Shown: piece after piece, positions 24,931 through 39,200 of the stretch
How positions within the stretch are numbered: the first letter of the stretch is position 1
Layout of the letters: every line of letters begins with the position of its first letter
DNA from: Vicugna vicugna
Lineage: Eukaryota
Length of the DNA: 64,000 bases
Reading direction: 5' to 3'
Assembly: GCA_013265495.1 (NCBI GenBank)
Contig: MU058205.1
Coordinates: 12,312 to 76,311 of the forward strand
Translations under genes and position numbers: made by a program
Notes under the pieces: generated by a model
What the model was told of the DNA's origin: nothing
The model's database searches: none
Seen by the model: the letters and a program-made list of their open reading frames with translations, nothing else

Positions 24931-25019
24931 ATTCTAAGTCTTCCTACAAATCATCTCAAAATTTAGTAAATTAAGACAATGATTAATCATTATCTTTCAT
25001 AATTCTGAGAATAGGTCTT

Positions 25020-26110
25020 TTTTTTTACTATGGTAAAATATAAAATTGACCATTTTAAATCACACAGTTCAGTGGCATTTCGTATATTTGCATTGTTGTG
25101 TGACCATCACCACCATCCAACCACAGAACTCTTTTCATCTTCCCGAGTAGAAACTCTGTACCCATTAAGCACCAACTCCCGTTCTCCCTTCCCGCAGCCC
25201 CTGACAACCACCGGTCGGCTGTCTGTGCATCTGACAGTTCTAGGCACCTCATGTAAGTGAAATCATACAGTATTTGTTCTTGCCTGCCTGGATCGTTTCC
25301 CTTAGTATAATGTCTGCAAGAGTCATCTATGTTGTAGCACGTGTCAGAATTTCCTTCCCTTTAGAGGCTGAGTAATATGCCATCATATGGATGGGCCACG
25401 TTTTGTTTATCCATTCATCTGTTGATAGGCACTTGGGTTGTTTCCACCTGTCGGCTACTGTGAATGATTCTGCTGGGTACACTGGTGTACAAATATCTCT
25501 TGGAGTCCTTGCTACTTCCAGTTCTTTTGGGTAATACCCAGGGGTGGAGTTACTGGATCGTGTGTGTAATTCTGTTTAATTCTTAAATTTAAAAAATTTA
25601 AAAAATTTTTAATGTCTTTTTTTTTTAACCGTTTTCTTTTAATGGAGGTACTGGGGATTGAAGCCAGGACCTGTGCATGCTAAGCAAATGCCCTACCACT
25701 GAGCTGTACTCACCCCCCATCATTTTTTGAGGACTCACCATACTGTTTTCCACAGCAGCTACACCATTTTACATTCCCACCAGCAATGCCCCAAGGTTAT
25801 AATTTTCCCACACCTTGCCAACACTTGTTATTTTCTTTTTCTTCCTTTCTTCCTTCCTTCCTTCCTTCCTTTCTCTTTCTTCCTTCCTTCCTTCCTTTCT
25901 TTCTCTTTCTTTCTTTCTTTCTTCCTTCCTTCCTTCCTTCCTTCCTTCCTTTTTTCTTTCCTTCCTTTCTTTCCTTTCTTTCTTTCTTCCTTCCTTCCTT
26001 CCTTCCTTCCTTCCTTCCTTCCTTCCTTCCTTCCTTCCTTTCTTTCTTTCTTTCTTTCCTTCTTTCCTTCTTTCCTTCTTTCTTTCGATAGTAGCCATCC
26101 TGAGGGGCAT
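25020..26110 (-). mobile_element. L1MB-type 3' end with nested SINE (25616-25719) and simple repeat
   Basis: gaaactctgtacccattaa, aagtgaaatcatacagtatttg, cattcccaccagcaatg motifs. Confidence 0.75.
25832..26086. repeat. (TTCC/TTTC)n polypyrimidine microsatellite
   Basis: ~250 bp pure pyrimidine tract. Confidence 0.95.
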
Positions 26111-29075
26111 GAATGTGGTGCTCTTGCTTGGGGTCTCTCTGGGAGCTGCAGTCACACCGGGGCTGGGGCCATCTGCTGCTTCCCTCACGTGTCTGCTACA
26201 AGGTTGGGATGGGCGGAACAGCTGGGGCAGCCGCCATGCCTCCCGCACACAGTCCCTCCGCATGGCTAGTCTGGGCTTCCTCTCAGCATGGGGACCCCAG
26301 GGTACTTGTCCTTTTTGTATGGCCGCTGGCCTCCCCCAGAACAAATCCAAAAAGCAGGAAGTGGGAGCTGCCAGCGTCTGAAGACCTAGGCTCAGAACCT
26401 GACGTGGAGCCCCCTCTGCTGTCTTCTTTAGTCAAGCGCTCACCAGGTGGGCCAGTTCCCACGGGAAAGGAAGCGGAGCCTGCCCTTCAAGGTGGAGGAC
26501 TGCCCAAAGGTGTGTGGCCATCTCCAGTCTACCTGACTTGGAATGACTACAGTGGGGAGCCGTGGCCTCTCGGTCTGTCAGAGGCAGTCACAGCCCTGAG
26601 ATGTCAGAGGAGGAGGGGCCCAGAGCCCCTTAAAGGAGTTCCCTGGAACATTGCTTCGTGCGCATTCTGCAGTCTTCTCCCAAGTCTTCCCTAAAGCAAC
26701 GGAGACCGTTTGCTAAGGAGATTGTGCCCTGGAGAAAAAAAGAGATTTCTCTTTTCAGGACTTGCTAGATACTGGATTCTGAGTTATCACACACCTGGAC
26801 CTTCAAAGCAGCCTTGTTTCTGTGGCTTAAAGTAGGGGCTTCTGGGGGTTGTGGCCTGAGTTCTCACAGTGGGCCCAGAGGGTCGGCAGACACACTGTGG
26901 TTCTGCCCTGTTCCTGAATGTGTGACTGAAAAGACATCCCCAGCCACCCGCTGGGGCTCATGGAGAGTGAGGGCTTTAGGGCTGGGTGAGCCGGGGGTAA
27001 CTTCTTTACTGAGTTAACCCAACATTACTTCCCACCCCTGAAGGGAAGAAGGTCTTGGGATATGAGATCACACCCCCACTTAAATTTGCCTGTTTAACCT
27101 GTAAAGAAGGTGGCTGGATCTTGGAGAAATCACAGTGGTTTCATAATAATCAGGCTCTGGTTCTGATGGCAACTGCCTTTGTGTTATTGTGGAACAACTG
27201 AAAGCAACTGAATGTGGAACAATCTGGGATTCAGCTGCCATCTAGAAAGCGCTTTGTCTCCGTGGCAGTGTGCAAGGAGCAGGCACCTGTCAGCTGTCCA
27301 GCTCTGTGCAAAGCCTTGCAGAGAAACTGGACTTCTTAATATCCCACAGAATGTCACCTTGTCCTTTGCAGAGGTGACATTGTGCTTAGGGGACCCGATG
27401 AGGAAGAAAGGGGAAGTACTGTAGTTATAGTGTATTCAGTGGGACTGTGACTGGACTTTTGAGACAAATCATGAGACATGAGGGACTTCTGTCCCTGCTC
27501 TCAGCTGTCTTGACTCAGTGGCATCTCCTGCTCTGTGATGCGCCCTCTCCCACTGTGCTCAGCATACCTTGCCCTGCTGGTTTGGTTCTGGGCATTCAGG
27601 GGCCCCTCGTAATTTTTGTCCACACATCAATCCTCCATGTAGCAACTATAGTTGGGGTTTCCTAAGGTTAGCCCTAAACTTTAGTCCTGAACCTCCTGGT
27701 CTTCTCCCCATCGCTAATTTTATCCAAGTCCAGTGATGCAGTTACCTTTAGCACAGGGATTATCTTACAGGTGGGCATTTTGTTGTCACACTTTTTGCTG
27801 CCCAGCTCCTGTGCAATCTTCCTGTGTTCCTGGAATCCACCACCTTTGAGGTGGAAATCTCCTCTTCTATACAGATTTAAAATGCTAAATATTTGTTTCT
27901 GCAGACTCCCCTACAGCCTAAGTGTGGCCGCCATGACCAAGGAGCTGTCACTTTTAATTCACACATTGTGACCTAAAATCGGAGCCTGGACAGAGTCCAT
28001 TCTAGTGAGCACAAACATGATGCTTGTTATGGCAAATTCCAGGAGTGGCAGGGGCAGTAACCCCAGCAGCACTGCCGTGCCCAGAATCAGCAGGACCCAG
28101 TGGAGAAGGACCACCTCTGGGTTTCAGGGAGCTTGCGGTGCTGTCCTCTTGGATGGCTCTGCTGCTTCAGGGTGTGTGGCTCCTTCTAGAGCCCTCTTGC
28201 ATTCCTGGTGACACCTCTAAATCCTGGAAAAGAATTCCTTCCTGATTAAATTAGTTAGATTTTCTTTCTGTTGCTTGGATGTAAGAACTTGACCAGCACA
28301 ATCCCCAAATTTACGTCCACTCCAGGCCTCTTTGCAGTTCAGACTTGGAGGGGTGCGACCACCTACTCAGCACTTGAGCTTGGAATTCTGACCAGTTACC
28401 CCAGATACCGACGCCTGTGGCTGACGTCATGCTCTCTCCCTCAAGTCTTTCCCTGCTTGGTGTTCCTTATGTTATTAACGGCTTGTCCCTGTGGACATCT
28501 AGTACCCAGAAGCGTGCTTGCCACCCCGCCACAGCTCACCACACACTCATCGGCCGAGTGGCTGGATGTTCGTGAGTATCCTCACTTCTTCACACCCTCA
28601 CCTCCTGCTGTTTGAATTTTAATGCTTGCCAACCTGCTGAGTGCTCAAGTTATCTCATTCAGCAACTTTCCCTGGCCACGGGTGAGGCTGAGTGCATGTT
28701 CCCTGTTATTGGTCATTCTGATTTCTTCTACAATAATGATGATTCATTCCTTTGCCAGCCTTTCTAGCTATTTATTGATCTTTTTCTTATTGATCTGAGC
28801 AATTTCTTAATATATTCTGGGCACTATTTTTTTTAAATCAACTTTGCAAATATTTTCTCCCTGTCTGTCATTTGGCGTTTTACATTGTTCATGGTGTCTT
28901 TTTTTTTTTTTAAATGCAAAGATTTAAAATTTGATGCTGGCAAATCTCTCAGTTCTGTTCTTTCTGATTTATGCTTTCTGTACCTTGTTTAAGAAATATT
29001 TCCACACTTGTGAGCTCATAAACCTTTTTTTTTCTAAAGATTAAAGACTGTCTTCAATTTTAATATATATCTGAA

Positions 29076-29209
29076 ATTTTTTTTTTTATTTTTGGCAGAG
29101 TGGGAGGTAAATTAGGTTTATATATTTTTGGAGGATGTACTGGGTATCGAACTCAGGCCCTTGTGCATGCTAAGCATACACTCTACCACTTGAGCTATAC
29201 CCTCCCCCC
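29076..29209 (-). mobile_element. Vic-1-like SINE
   Basis: TSD tatatctgaaattttt on both sides. Confidence 0.9.
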
Positions 29210-29344
29210 TATATCTGAAATTTTTAAAGAAGTATTATGGAAGGAGATAACAGAGAATGGGACAGGAAACTGACAAAGTCCATTTCTAACAGTTTTCTGT
29301 GACTGGTCCAGGAGGCTACTGGGGGGCATTAACCCCAGTACAAT

Positions 29345-30140
29345 TGTTGCTGAAACACGGCCTCCGTACCCTGCTTAACTAATTGAGACTTACGGACAGA
29401 CTTTTGGATGAAGTAGAAAAGGCAGCTTTATTTCTTTGCCAGGCAAAGGAGGTCACAGTGGGCTAATGTCTCTAAGACTGTGAGCCTGCTGGGGAGAGAA
29501 GACAGGGGGTTTCATAGTAATAGTTCTGTAGTTGTAGGGGTGGAGCTAGTTTCCATAGAGATTGCATACAGAGTAACAAATTATTGCAAAGTTGTTCTTG
29601 TTTTTGTAGATGCCTTCCTTCTGGTGGGTGCGAAGGTCACCTCTGGCTTTGGGACTCTTCTAATATTCTTGTGCCTAGAACAAAAGGTGCTTAGGAAGCG
29701 GGTTTCTGGAAAAGAGCTCTAGAGAAAAACTTGTGCAACTTAAAGTCAGGTTGATAAATGCTTCTAGCATTTTAGGCAGGCTGAGGACTGGGACCACTTG
29801 CTGCAGGCTGAGGCCTGCAGCTCAAACAGCAGGATACAAGGAATCCACAAGGGGCCCAAAACAACTGCAGACATGTGCAGTTGGGATGAGTTATGAAGTA
29901 CAAGATGCACAAAACACCCAACTGTTGTTTCTGAGGGGTCAGGGTCAAGAGGAAGGCCCTGGAGTCAGAAGCAGGGCCCTGGGGACACGAGCAGGCCACT
30001 GAGAGTGATCCTGCATGCAGCATCATGAGGGGCTTGGGGGGACCATCCAAGCCTCCCTTCTCCCAAGCTTAACCCTTGTCAGCAAGTGCATGAGAAAACT
30101 CTTTAAACCACTGCACAATTAAACAGTTAAAACACTATTA
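29345..30140 (-). mobile_element. ERV LTR (solo)
   Basis: Begins tgttgctgaa, reverse polyA signal ctttatt near 29426, ends ...ctattaca. Confidence 0.5.
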
Positions 30141-31118
30141 CAGATATCAGATGGTCACTGATGACAGTAGGGTCCTGCTCAGTTACACAATGTGTGGCAA
30201 GTTCTTGCTCTAAAGTTGACTTATTCTTCTCTTGGACCACTCCCTGGCTCACCTTGTCCCTGTGCACGCTCTCCACAAAGGGAACACGAGTCCAGGTGTA
30301 GGATGGCCATGAGGAAGACACAAAAGCAAGACTGTGGTCACAAGGAATAAACGTCTTGGGTAAAGTTGGTAGGTGATGCGGTGTCCCTGATAGCTCTCCT
30401 AGACACGCAGACCAAAGTATTTCCTCCGATTCAGCCTCGGCCTTTTGAGAACTTGAAACTACAGCCTAGCTGTACTGACTCCGATCTGCTACCTTTGCAG
30501 TCTTGGTGGTGATACCCCGGGCACCCTGGCCTTCCCTCCCAGGCCAGGGCTGAGCAAGCAGAGATGATACTAAGGTCACTGAGGGCCAGGTGCAACCAAG
30601 TTTAGGTCCCCATGAGGACAGGTAAATAGCAAATCTCACCTAATGCCTATTTGCTACAGACCTGGAATCTGAGGCGTAACCCATTAAGAAGAGAGAGTTC
30701 TGGTTTTTTGCACTTATTTTTTTCCTTCTGGGCTTTTGCATTTCCATGTGCAGGCCAGATGTATAACCTACTTGGGGCCCCAAATCCAGATGGCTAGACC
30801 ACTTATTTGTGGAAGAATCATTTCCCCTTTATATTGTTTAAGTAATAGGGAAAAAACAGTCTGATCAGAGAGATCACAAGTAAAATCTGTGGAGTTTAGG
30901 TAGTCCTTGAGGGTAGGTTTTGTGGTCACAGGAAAGTTTGTTTCAGAGGCGATTAGAGATTGGTGCAGAGAGATTCTGTGTTTAATCCATTTCATTTTTT
31001 TTCAACTTGTAAATGAGAAAATTTCATATGTACCAAAGGTCTATAAAGGTAAATGTGTAGTTTAAAAAGTAAAATATTTTGAAGTAGGGTTAAGGTTCCT
31101 TTTGAAGTAGGGTTCCTT

Positions 31119-31712
31119 AACCCTACTTCAAAATGACACCTGCACCCCAATGTTCATAGCAGCACTATTTACAATAGCCAATACATGGAAAGAGGCTAAA
31201 TGTCCATCGACAGATGACTGGATAAAGAAGATGTGGTATATTTATACAATGGAATACTATTCAGCCATAAAAACCGACAACATAACGCCATTTGCAGCAA
31301 CATGGATGTTCCTGGAGAATGTCATTCTAAGTGAAGTAAGCCAGAAAGAGAAAGAAAAATACCATATGAGATCACTCATATGTGGAGTCTAAAAAAAACC
31401 CCCCCAAAACAAAGCATAAATACAAAACAGAAACAGACTCATAGACATAGAATACAAACTTGTGGTTGCCAAGGGGTCAGGGGGTGGGAGGGGACAGACT
31501 GGGATTTCTAAATGTAGAATAGATGAACGGGATTATACTGTATAGCACAGGGAAATACATACAAGATCTTATGGTAGCTCATGGAGAAGAAAATGTGCCA
31601 ATGAATATACATATGTTCATGTATGACTGAAAAATTGTGCTCTACATTGGAATTTGACACAGCATTGTAAAATGATTATAACTCAATAAAAATGTTAAAA
31701 AATAAAATAAAA
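31119..31712 (+). mobile_element. Young 5'-truncated L1
   Basis: Intact ORF2 C-terminus MFIAALFTIANTWKEAKCPSTDDWIKKMWYIYTMEYYSAIK (31150-31392), 3' UTR, AATAAA and A-rich tail. Confidence 0.92.
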
Positions 31713-32159
31713 AGCAAAATAAAGTGAGCATCTGTAGCTCAGCATTTGGGTTAAGATGATGAAGGTCACTAGCATCTCAGAAGCTCCTTATGTGCTCCTG
31801 TTAAGGGCCTCCCCTTGTGCCCCCACAAGGGGTAACTGTATCCTGACCTTGTGTTAATAATTCCCTTGTTCTTTCATAGCACTTTGCCAATTCATGTGTG
31901 AGCTCTTGGTAATAAATGGCTTATTTCTGAAAAACAGACCTGAAGCTCAAACCTAACCAAGCCAGGAGAGAACGGTTGTGCACCTCTTACATGAAGCTCC
32001 CCAGGGAAGGAAACCTGAACAAGGTGTCTGAATCATAATCAGGCCCCTCTGTTTCTAGTTTCTTCAGGTGGAAGAAGTTTAGGTATGTTAGTTTTCTACT
32101 ATGGATGTTTAATGATCTAAGTTTCTCTGTAAAAATTCTATAAATTTCTCTCAAAGTGT

Positions 32160-35100
32160 TCCTTAGTCTACATTTGACAAATTTTGGTACGTTGTGTCTT
32201 CCTTTTCATTTAGTTAAAAATATTTTCTAATTTTTCATGGGACTTTCACATATGGGTTATTAAAAAGTAAGTTGTTTGATTTTCAAATAATTGGGGTATT
32301 TTCTAGATCTTTCTATTACTGATTGCTAATTTAATTCATACAGTCAGAGAACAAACATACTTCATGTGACTTCAGTTTATTTTATGGCCCAGAATATGGT
32401 CTATCTTGGTGAGTATTTTATGTTCACGTGAAGGGAATGTATTCTGCTGTTGTTGAATGTAATGCTCTGTAAATGTCAGTTAGATCCAATTGATTAACGA
32501 GTATATATCATTCAGTTTTTCTATATCTTTGCTGATTTTCTGTCTACTTGTTCTATCAATTACCGAGAGAAAAGAATTACAGTTTATTACAATTTACATC
32601 AACGATTTAATCGAGTATAATATCAAGTATAACTGTGGACTTGCCTATGCTTTCCCTTCAGTTCTATCAGCTTCTTCCTCTTTTTCTTTCTCTTAGCATT
32701 TTGGAGTGCTCTTATTAGGTGCATTAATACATCTTCTGGGCGAGTTGATGCTTTTATCATTATGTACTGTTCCTTCTTATCCCTAGTAATTTTCCTTGTT
32801 CTAAAGTCTACTTTGTCTGATGTTAATTTAGCTACTCTGGCTTTCTTTTGATCAGTGGTTACGTGATATATCTCTTCCCACCCTTTTATGTGGCTCTCAG
32901 TATAGTTTTTGGTTTGCATTTCTCTTATGGTGGTTGAGGCTGAACATCTTTTTATATATTTAAGGACTATATTTATCTTTGTGTGAATTGCCAAACTCAT
33001 GTTGTTTGCCTATTTTTTTTCAGGTTTTTCATCTTTTGTTCTTTCAGTTTTTAAGTAGCGTTTTGTATATGAAGAAGATTAGCTCTATAGCTGTGGCATC
33101 TGCTACAAATATTTCCCCCCAGTTTTCCAGTTGTATTTTAACTTTGTGCTTTGAGTGCCTCATTTCCATGTTAAGGTTTTTGTTTATTTGTTCAGTTACA
33201 TTTGCCACTCTTTTTTGTTATTGCACCTGACTTTTGAGCCATAGTCAGAAAGTCTTTTTATATGAGCCTAAGGACATACAGTCCAAATACTGTGAAAGTT
33301 CAAAGGTTATTTGGGTTAGTACGTTCCTCCCACATATATCCAGGTTAAAGAGGAATTCACTCATGGTTTCCTCTAGTATTTGTATAGTTTCTTAAATCCT
33401 GAATTAATTTGGAATTTTTTCTTCTGTATAGGATAAGAAATGGCTCTAATTTTATCTTTTTCCGAATGACTATCTAGCCTTCATACCAGTTACTTAAGAA
33501 GCCCATTTTTATTTCTAGTGATTTGAGATATGCATATCATATCCTACAGCTCCATATGTACAAGGGTCTATTTCTTGGCTTGCTATACTATTCTTCTGTG
33601 TCTTCATGTGCAATAATATGTTGCTTTAATTCTAGAGGCTTTCAGACTGTATTTTAATATTTGGCAGCGCTAACTTCCATGAAGATTTTTAAATGTGCTC
33701 CTGTCTATTCTTGCATGTTTCTTTATATGGAATTAGCATAAACTTTCAAACTCCATTAAAAAAACCTTGTTAGTATATTTTTACTGAAGCATAGTTGATT
33801 TACAATATTATATAAGTTTCAGATGTACAACATAGTGGTGCACAATTTTTAAAAGTGATGCTCCATTTATAGTAATTATAAATTACTGGACCTAAATGGT
33901 ACCCTGTGTTGTACAATATATTTTTGTAGCTCGTTTATTTTTTACATAGTAGTTTGTACCTCTTAATCCTCTACCCTATCTTTCCCCTCCTCCTTCCTCT
34001 CCCCACTGGTAACCACTAGTCTGTTCTCTGTGTCTGTGAATCTGTTTCTGTTTTGTTATATTCACTAGTTTGTTAGAGTCCATATATAAGTGATACTATA
34101 CAGTAATTGTCTTTCTCTGTCTGGCTTATTTCACTAGCATAATACCCTCCAAGTCCACTCATGTTGTTATTATTTTAGTTAGTATTTTATTGGTATACTG
34201 AAAAATTGCTTTACAAAAAATATCTTCTCTTTATTAATAAAATAACTTGGGAAGAAGTTTATGAAATGGAATCACTTTACTGAAGAACAAGTCATGTCTT
34301 TTCATTTGTTCAAGTCAACTTGTGTGTTTTTCAGAAGTTTAAAAAGTTTTCCTCATGTATTTTACGTATGTATTGGTTTAGTTCATTCCTAGGTTATTTC
34401 ATTTTCTTCGTTGCTATTGTAAATAAGTTTTCCCCTATAATTTTCACCTTTTAATGAGAGCTAGTAATTTCTACATGTTAGTGTGACATCCTGTTACTTT
34501 TCTGAATTATTTTGCTTTGGTTTTAAAATTTTTACTTAATTTTTGACACTTTAATTTTTATACAATTTAAAAGGTTACTTTCCATTTATAGTTATTACAA
34601 AATATTGGTTATATTCCTCATGTTGTATGATAGATAGATCCTTATTTTGTTTTAGTTTTATCATTGATTATTTAGAATTTTACAGTCACACGATCATATC
34701 CTCTGCACATAGAAATGGTTTTGCTTCTTTTCAGTTCTTACCTGTACAGTCTGTCATTGCTTTTTCTTGCCTAATTGCATTGCTTAATACCTCTAGTATG
34801 ATGTTGAAATTGGTAGAGATAATGGGCACACTTCCTTGTCCTAATCCTAGTAGAAATGCTTCTGGTGTGCTAGCACTCTCCTGTTAGCAAGATGCTGGCT
34901 TTAGGACTTTAGGTCTAAGATCTCTCTCTCTCTCTCTGATTAAGAAGATGTCAGTTAATTCCTGCTGTCATTTATTTTTACGAGGAATGAATGCTGACTT
35001 TTATACAAGGTTTTGTAGCATCTATGAGGGCCATCATAAGATTGTTCTCCTTGGATCTATTAATAGGTTTTATTTAATGAATTTCTTAATATTGACCCAC

Positions 35101-36480
35101 CTTGAATTCTTATAATAACTCTCACTTAGCCATGATATATTATTTTCTTAAAGTGATGCTAAATTCTGTTTACCCATATTTTATTTTGAAATTTTGCCTC
35201 AATTTTCATATATAATTTTGGTTTATAATTTTACTTCTTCTTGCACCACCTTTAACAAGTTCAGGCACCAATGTTATGTTTGCTTCATAAAAAGAATTAG
35301 GAAAATTTTCTTCTTTTTTAGTGCTTTGGGACAATTTAGAGGTTATCTTGTTTTTGAAGGTTTGGTAGAATTTTCATCTGAAACCATCTAGGGCTGGTGC
35401 ATCTGGGGGCTATAGCTCCTTGATGTCTTTCTTCATGTATTCTATAGATACTAGTCTGAGCCTTCTAAATCTAAAAAGGTCAGTTTTGGTTAACTGCATT
35501 TCCCTAGGAGATTATCCATTTCACTTAGTTTTTCAAATTAATTTGCATAGAGGTCTGCAAAATAATCTCACGATTTATTAAATTTTTACTGTTTTAATTA
35601 TCTCCCCTTTGTCATTCCCTATTTTGTATGTTTGTGCTTTGTCCCTTTTCTTTTTCTTATTTAAGTCAGCTAGTGGCTTGTTTATTTTGCTAATCATTTT
35701 TAAAATACAGAAATTTGATTTATTGGTTAGAGCTAATGTTTTTCTACCTACCTCACTAATTTCTGCTTTTATGTTTAATTTTTCCATCCTTGTACTTTCT
35801 TTTAGTTAGTTTTTTTTTTTTGTTCTAGTTGAACCAAAAAACTTTTGCTGAAAAAAGTTTTGAGCTGGCAATTTAATTCATTTATGTAAAATTTTTCATT
35901 TTTGTTGATAAAAGTGTTTGACTATGAATTTTCCTGATTACTGCTGTGAGTCTCATATTATGATACATTGTGTTTTTATTACCATTATGTCTTAGAAAGT
36001 TTAGTTTGTATTTCTCCTTTCATTCAAGAGTCCTTAGTAGAAACTCTTACATTTCCAGGTGGAAGAGCCTTTTTTTTGTTTTTTGTTGTTCGTGATTTCT
36101 AGTTTTATTTCACTGCGAACAAAGACTGTTGTTTGTAATATTTCTGCTTTACAGATCTTTCTGATGTTTTCTTCATGACCTGACACATGACCGCTTTTTA
36201 CAAATAATCCTTGGGAGGAAGTTGTATTTTCTACCATTAGGGTGAAAAGTCATGTTACACCTTATTGATTATGTTGTTTAGCTCTTTTATATCTTCATTT
36301 GTTTTCGGTTCACTAGCTCTGTCTTATTCTGAGTGGTGTGTTGAAGCCTCCCATTTTTAGTGTGTTTTTACCTATACCTCTTTGCATCTCTTGAGATTAC
36401 TGCTTCATAAGGGTGGGGTATTTTTGCATTTTATCATTATTTTATGTGTAGGTATTCATAATGGAAATAGCTTCATTGTG
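32160..36480 (-). mobile_element. Cluster of old L1M fragments with nested younger L1 tails
   Basis: Minus-strand ORFs with L1 ORF2 remnants (KARVAKLTSDKVDFRTRKITRDK; KINKPLADL). Confidence 0.75.
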
Positions 36481-36514
36481 ATTTGTGACTTTTAGCCTTA
36501 AAAAAATGTAGACT

Positions 36515-36780
36515 TTTTCAGTCAGTCAGTATAGTCAGTTACAAAGTGTCAATCTCTGGTGTGCAACACAATGTCCCAGTCATGCATGCACATACTTATA
36601 TTCATTTTCATATTCTTCTTCATTAAAGGTTATTACAAGATATTAAATACAGTTCCCTGTGCCATACAGAAGAAACTTGTGGTTTTTTAGATCCATTTTT
36701 GTATACAGTGGTTAACATTTGAAAATCTCAAGCTCCCAAATGCATCCCTTTCCCTGTAACCATAAGATCGTTCACCATGT
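36515..36780 (-). mobile_element. Short L1 3' end
   Basis: TSD aaaaatgtagacttttt at ~36502 and ~36782. Confidence 0.75.
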
Positions 36781-38769
36781 GAAAAATGTAGACTTTTTTT
36801 TTTAAAGCCCTTTTGACTTTCTTCCTGGAATGCTTTTCTGCATCCCACCTATTTCATGTGAATAACTCCTGCTTATCTTTCCCAATGATGTTTATACATC
36901 ATACCTTTCCCTGACGTCCCACAATTTAAGTTGTCTCTCTACTATACTTTCTCATGATGAATCTATAAATTCCTCAAATCATTCTGTGCATGTTAAGCTC
37001 CTCCTACTGGACCAGGCATGACTCCCAGGATTGGGAAAGAGTTTGGAATAAGGAAGCAAGGAACTGCCCTCAGGCAGTTCACAGTCACCATTTATTTTTT
37101 TCCTTAGCATTTAACACAATTTGTAGTTTAACATTGCCTGTCTGCTTATCATCTGGGAGTGTCATGAGAAAAAGGCCCATATTTGTTTTGTCACTGTTGA
37201 ACTCCCAGCACGTGGTATGGTAGCATACATGGTGAGCATTCAGTAATATGTATTAGACCAATCCATAGATGCGTCTGTTTATTCTTATATTTTATATTCC
37301 AGGCAAGCACACAATTACACACGCCATTTTTTTTTTTCGGTTCAACTGTGAATTTTTCTCACCCAAGTGCAGTCTGAAAACTCTCATGAAGAAATGTCAC
37401 TGAGAGAGAGTCAGGGCTTTGCTTTCTAATCAGGCAAACATTCTCCTCACTTTCACCTTTAAATAAATGAATTCATTTCAATGCTTTTTAACCCAGGGAC
37501 TAGACAGCCTGGAACCAGCTGGCAGTCCTGCAGTTCTGCTGAAATGAATGGGCTGTGGCCCACGAGAAGGATGTTATCTGGGTGGATAACAGAGCTGGAA
37601 GGGACTGAAGTCAAGAGCTAGCCTTTCATGCCACTGAAACAAAACACTGTCTTTCCCGGGAGGGTTTTGGAAGAACAAAGAATTTCAGATCTTTAAAACC
37701 AAAAAGATGCTTTTTGGACATGTCAACTTTGAAAGGATATTTGGCCTTGCTCTGTTGGTTTCTGTGATAGCCCTCTGTGGCTGCCAGAAGCACAGAGCAC
37801 TGCACAAGGAGAGAGCCAGCAGGTCTCAGAACACAAACAACTCATGGGCAACAGCTTCCCCAGAACTGGAATGACCTCCCTTGTTTTAGGGCCTATAATG
37901 TGTTCATATCACTTCAGTGTAGGGATTCTCAGATGTCAGGGGGAGTATCCAAGTCACCGTGAACTGCACACTCTCTTAGGGTAAATTGAGTCTTCCCGTG
38001 GAGGGGCAGGTGGGCTGGGGACAGGCACAGCTATCACTCACCACCCTGACCCATCAGTGTGGAAATCATTGCCCAGGTGAGCTGCTATTGCAGAGTTGGG
38101 TAGACATACACATGCTGGCATCTCGGAGTAGGAAGAAGTTGAGGATTAGCTTTGGTGAAATGATCTTAACAGAGAAGATACTTGACTGGTGACTAGACAT
38201 CTCAGTTAATGGGAGTACTGTCTTCGTCCCTTCTCAATACAAGCTAACTCTGTGTTCTTGGACCAAACACAGCAGCCTTGAATCCAGCCAGTCATTTAGA
38301 CGTTTGTTCAGCATCAGAAGGAGATACAAGGGAAAGGATCAGGGTAATTCCATTCTCTTCACTAGCACATTTGACCGAGAGAGTAGAGTCACACCTGAAT
38401 GTAATATAGGTTAACTTCCTTTGTGAAAATTATGTCTGTTCTTATTCTATATACAGAATATAGACACTATACCACAGTAAAGGTAATTTGGTACTAAAAA
38501 ATAGAATTCCAGAAGACCAAAAGGTCTTGGGAACACTGAAGTTACAATCGTAATGAGAATCTGGGGAAGTGAGAGGAAGGGCTGGCACCCAGGTTCCCTC
38601 ACCTTCTGCAAAAACGCTTATCCACCCAGTGGTTTCTAGGGGCTGGGCTGAGAGGAAAGAGCTTTGAAACAGAAAGAGTCAGGAGTTTGCTTCTAGGCAT
38701 GAGGGTAAGATGATGCAAATAAACTTCAAGGACAGATGGAATCCACTACCAAGGTTTTGGGCAGCTTGG

Positions 38770-39200
38770 GGATTTATTAGTTATCTATGGCCACCTAAAA
38801 ATTTCATACAGAATGTAGTAGCCTAAAACAACATTTGTCACCTTCCAATTTATGTGGGCAGGAATTGGGAGCGGTTTAGCTGGGTGGTTATGACTTATGA
38901 GACTGTAGTCAAGGTACTGGCTGGAGCTGAAGTCTTCTGAAGGCTTACCTTAAAGATGGCACACTCACATGATTGTTGCTGGGAGGCCTCGGTTCTTTGC
39001 CAGGTGGGCCTCTCCATAGATCTGTTTGAGTGTTCTCATGACCTGGTAGCTGGCTTTGTAAGAGAGAGAGTTAGAAGTCACACTCCATCATTTCTGCAGT
39101 ATCCTTATCCTGTTGGTGATGTGTGTCACCCTCACTCAGTATGGCAGGGAACTGCATAGGGTGTGAATGCTGGGAGGTGGGGTCACTGGGAGCCAGCCAG
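38770..39200. mobile_element. MaLR (MLT1-type) LTR
   Basis: tattagttatctat...aaaacaaca...gggcctctccatag...gaatgctgggaggtggggtcactggg. Confidence 0.65.

Noticed and set aside
25727..26381. ORFs rich in FLPS or KEGR repeats
   Set aside because: Translations of the (TTCC)n microsatellite
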